A DNA stretch of 63,176 nt, the filler included, from Intoshia linei (lineage: Eukaryota > Animalia > Orthonectida), in NCBI GenBank assembly GCA_001642005.1. It is 4 parts of 4 records of this genome, joined end to end, with 100 filler letters (N's around TTAATTAATTAA, not from the genome) between each part and the next. Parts side by side here need not be neighbours in the genome. Positions count along the whole stretch, not along the records: positions 52,835 to 60,987 come from LWCA01001478.1; positions 61,088 to 63,176 come from LWCA01002399.1; 2 more parts are not named here. One strand, written 5' to 3'. Made by a program: the position numbers and the translations under genes. The notes under the pieces were generated by a model. The model was not told the DNA's origin, did no database searches, and saw only the letters and a program-made list of their open reading frames with translations. Shown one piece after another: positions 59,930-63,176 of the stretch; the stretch's first letter is position 1, and each line of letters begins with the position of its first letter.

Positions 59930-60620
59930 AGTGATGGCAATCAAATTAAATGTGGTGCAGACTCTGCACTGCAGAGTTGGCAGATGTTGGGAATTTATCC
60001 CAAAGCCTAGCTAACCGCTACATTATTATTTCAAAAATCCCACTTTTATCCCACCATTAATAAAATTTAATAATATTTAATAAAAAATACCATTTTAAAT
60101 CGTTATCGAAAATATCTACTTTCACGGACATTTTTTTTAAAAAATCCAATTTTAACAACCCTTAAGAGAAAAATCCGATTTTACCAAATATTATGAAAAT
60201 CACCTTCTTAATTCAACCCCAAAATTTAAAATGCAATTGTACAAACCCTTAAGGAAAAAATATCATTTTTTCTATATTTTTTTGAAAACTCTACTTAGTC
60301 CAACCTAAAAACTTTTATGAAGTATATACATATATACAATTATATTGTATTATATTTAATTTTACATAAAAAAGTTCATGTTACCAAAAATAAAAAATTT
60401 ATTTATCCAATATTTTTTTTGAAAAATTCGAATTTACCAAATTTGATGAAAATCAACTTATTAATCCAACCCAAAATAAAAAATGCTATTTAACCAACTC
60501 TTAAAGAAAAATCTCCTTTTTACATAATTTTTTTGAAAAATTGGAATTTACTAAACTTTATGAGAAAACCTCTTAATCAAACCACAAACTAAAAAATCCA
60601 ATAAATAACGACATTTTAGT
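59930..60620. repeat. hAT-end (CAGTGATGGC) element with degenerate minisatellite in annexin intron
   Basis: CAGTGATGGCAA at ~59929, followed by AAAATCC..TTTACCAA..CCTTAA units like those at 31560-32060. Confidence 0.55.
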
Positions 60621-61294
60621 TCAGAGTTGTTATTTTTAGTAGTTTCCCTTTCGTTAAAACATCCAAAAACATGATTAAATAAATAATTTAAATATTTCAC
60701 CCAATTCAAAAATGTAATAAAATTAGTCTTAAATGTCTTAGTCTAAGGTAAATAGTTCAATTTGACAACATCTTAAAAAAAATTTAATTTTAACTTTAAA
60801 TTCTTGATAATTAAAATCAAGATTATTGATACATTTATATACAGGGATTGGAATTAATTGATTGCAATTAATTGGTAAAAATTATTGAAAAAAATCCATT
60901 ATTATTAACATTTTATTATACAATATCAAACTATTAGTTGCATTATATTTTATTTGCAAAATAGTATTTAGAAAATATTTTCATATTNNNNNNNNNNNNN
61001 NNNNNNNNNNNNNNNNNNNNNNNNNNNNNNNTTAATTAATTAANNNNNNNNNNNNNNNNNNNNNNNNNNNNNNNNNNNNNNNNNNNNAATAAAATAAGAT
61101 GTTTGGTTTAGCTGTTTTTGAGTATTCCACTTTTTCAAGATTACACAATATCAATTGGCATTTACATTAAGTGATATAAAAAAGGATAATTCATTTTATG
61201 CAGGAGTTATGCATTGATTTTTTTTTCTCCTTGTGTATTTCCTTAATCCGCAATATTTATAACTTATCTATAAAATGTACGCATTAAAGATTGA

Positions 61295-61810
61295 TTGACA
61301 TTGATAATTTTTGTATTATTTAAACCACTCTTCACGTGTGATTTTGATATGTCGGAAGGCAAGCTATGCTTAAGTGATTTCCTTTTACTTATTAATATGG
61401 ATGGTTTTATTTATATGCGTGAACAATTAATTACTTTATTTACATTTTATAATACTTTTATTTTATCCAATATGACTTCTCGTCAATTGGACTTTGCTGT
61501 TGGTCATTATTTTGATTATGATTTTAACCTAAATAAAATACTCTCAAGAAAAGATGTTCTTCGAAGAATATTATGTTTGAAACAAAGTAAAAAAGTATTC
61601 GTTTTCAGAATAATTAGTGGTGAATTGAGTGAAACATATTAAAACTGGGTTAAACATTATTGGAAGAAAGAGGATGGAAGACAATTAATAAAGTTATATA
61701 AATTATAGAAAAAAAATATAGAACTCGCTCATGCAGCGAAAAGGGTAATTATTGTGTTGGAACATGTTATGAATGGAAAACGTGTAACGATACTATCTGT
61801 CTAGTTAATG
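61295..61810 (+). mobile_element. Possible piggyBac-like C-terminal transposase remnant
   Basis: FYNTFIL..ILSRKDVLRRIL followed by a frameshifted Cys-rich tail (RSCSEKGNYCVGTC..TC..IC); weak. Confidence 0.3.
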
Positions 61811-62724
61811 GTATTTTATTAATTAATTATGACTTAAAATTTACAATGAAAAGGTTATTATAATGTATTATTGTTCAATTAGTCATTATATGTATCAAAT
61901 TATTAATTACTCTTGTAATAATAATTTAAATGTACTATAATATATTAGTATATATCAATGATGCCTAACGTGGGTGGTAGCGAGCATCTAGGAGCGCTAA
62001 AGTTTTTTTTGGATGGAAGATAGAAATTTTAACTTTTGGGCCTTGGACTAAATTTGGTATTTTATTATAATTAATTTGATTATTTTTTATTTTTACTTAC
62101 ATTTTAATCATAACGATGAATTATGTGTTCACTGAAAACTGGCCACGTTGAATAACTTGTATTTTGTACAATTTTAATCCAGTAGAGTAACACTGAAAAA
62201 AGTTTTTTAATTTTTGGATTATACAATGGAGAGAGGACCTAAAATATTTTCAATAGGTAAAATTGTATCATTCCATCTGAACGGACCATTCTGTCTAGTT
62301 AACTTTCCACAGTCTGGCCTAGTTAGAATCTGTTATAAATGAGTTTTGCTTACTTATATATAAAGTAAAAGTATATAAAAATGTTTGTCTGTCTGAACTT
62401 ACTGACAGTCAGAAATTTAAAAAACAAAAACCTGAATTATTTCTTTCTGCGCAGAAATTAATAAATTTCTATTCCAAAATTTTTTGCAAAAACTTGTTTT
62501 AGTTATTGGCAATATTATATATTGTTATAACTTATAACATACACAATGTGGTGTATAATCCAAAAATAGTAGTAGGATTAGCAGTAGAATATTTTTATGA
62601 CGCTGAGGTCAATTATGTAATTACGCAATTTTTGCATTTATTTTTGATGCATGAATCAAAATAATTATATCTTTGGATTTAAAATAATAACAGTGAAAAA
62701 AGAATTAAAATAAACATGTTGTAG

Positions 62725-62777
62725 GTATATTTGGAAATTGGAACGACTGGCTTCCTTGTGATCATAATTGTGGAACG
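62725..62777 (+). CDS. Exon encoding a thrombospondin type-1 repeat start (partial gene or pseudogene)
   Basis: TTGTAG|GT ATA TTT GGA AAT TGG AAC GAC TGG CTT CCT TGT GAT CAT AAT TGT GGA AC|GTGAGT reads GIFGNWNDWLPCDHNCG, matching the WxxWxxWxxCxxxCG pattern. Confidence 0.5.
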
Positions 62778-63176
62778 TGAGTTTATAGTTTATCTTAACT
62801 ATTTTATTGTCATAAAAGTCATCAATCAAAAGCACTAAACGAAGATTTACTGTTCCTGGAAAACCAACAAAAAAGTATTGGATGTATCGCTGGTCCATTT
62901 ACAAAAATTCACCCGTATACACCTAAAAGATTTAAGAAAATAAAAATTATAAATGAAACTCAAATGGAGAGAAAAAGTGGAATATAAATGCACTTTGAAT
63001 ATGATTCAAATACAAATATTTTCAAAGGTAAGCTGCAATATAAAGATATTAAAACTTTGTTATCAAACCTATGTACCAAATTCAAATTATCCTACAGAAC
63101 TGTTAAGAAATGAATTATATAAATTTTTACCCATATTTATTTATTGGAAATGTGTAGACGTTCAATGCACATTTTT

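Overview
Very AT-rich (roughly 25% GC by eye) animal genomic DNA from a draft scaffold, with three N-gaps that each carry a TTAATTAATTAA joiner. Genes are compact and many introns are 35-45 nt. This style resembles a reduced spiralian parasite genome such as the orthonectid Intoshia (inference only). Spliced genes I could rebuild with phase-compatible GT-AG introns: a divergent non-RD CDK-like kinase (-), a C2-domain protein (+), inorganic pyrophosphatase (+), TCF/LEF-pangolin with a C-clamp (-), PRP19 (-), a myosin regulatory light chain with a long N-terminal extension (+), and a BMP-type R-Smad (Smad1/5/8, -). There is also an unusual annexin whose frame splices continuously to an upstream DZANK1-type Ig-like domain (+). 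Intergenic DNA and long introns are filled with dead transposons: an intron-containing Tc1, CGGBP1-like and Buster-like hATs with 8-bp TSDs, a Ginger-like integrase element, piggyBac fragments, many MITEs and an abundant non-autonomous Helitron-like family. The best leads are the DZANK1-domain/annexin fusion, a TCF-site plus helper-site cluster in the TCF gene's own promoter, a Smad1 lacking its PY degron, and the atypical CDK. All coordinates were counted by hand, and no database searches were run.
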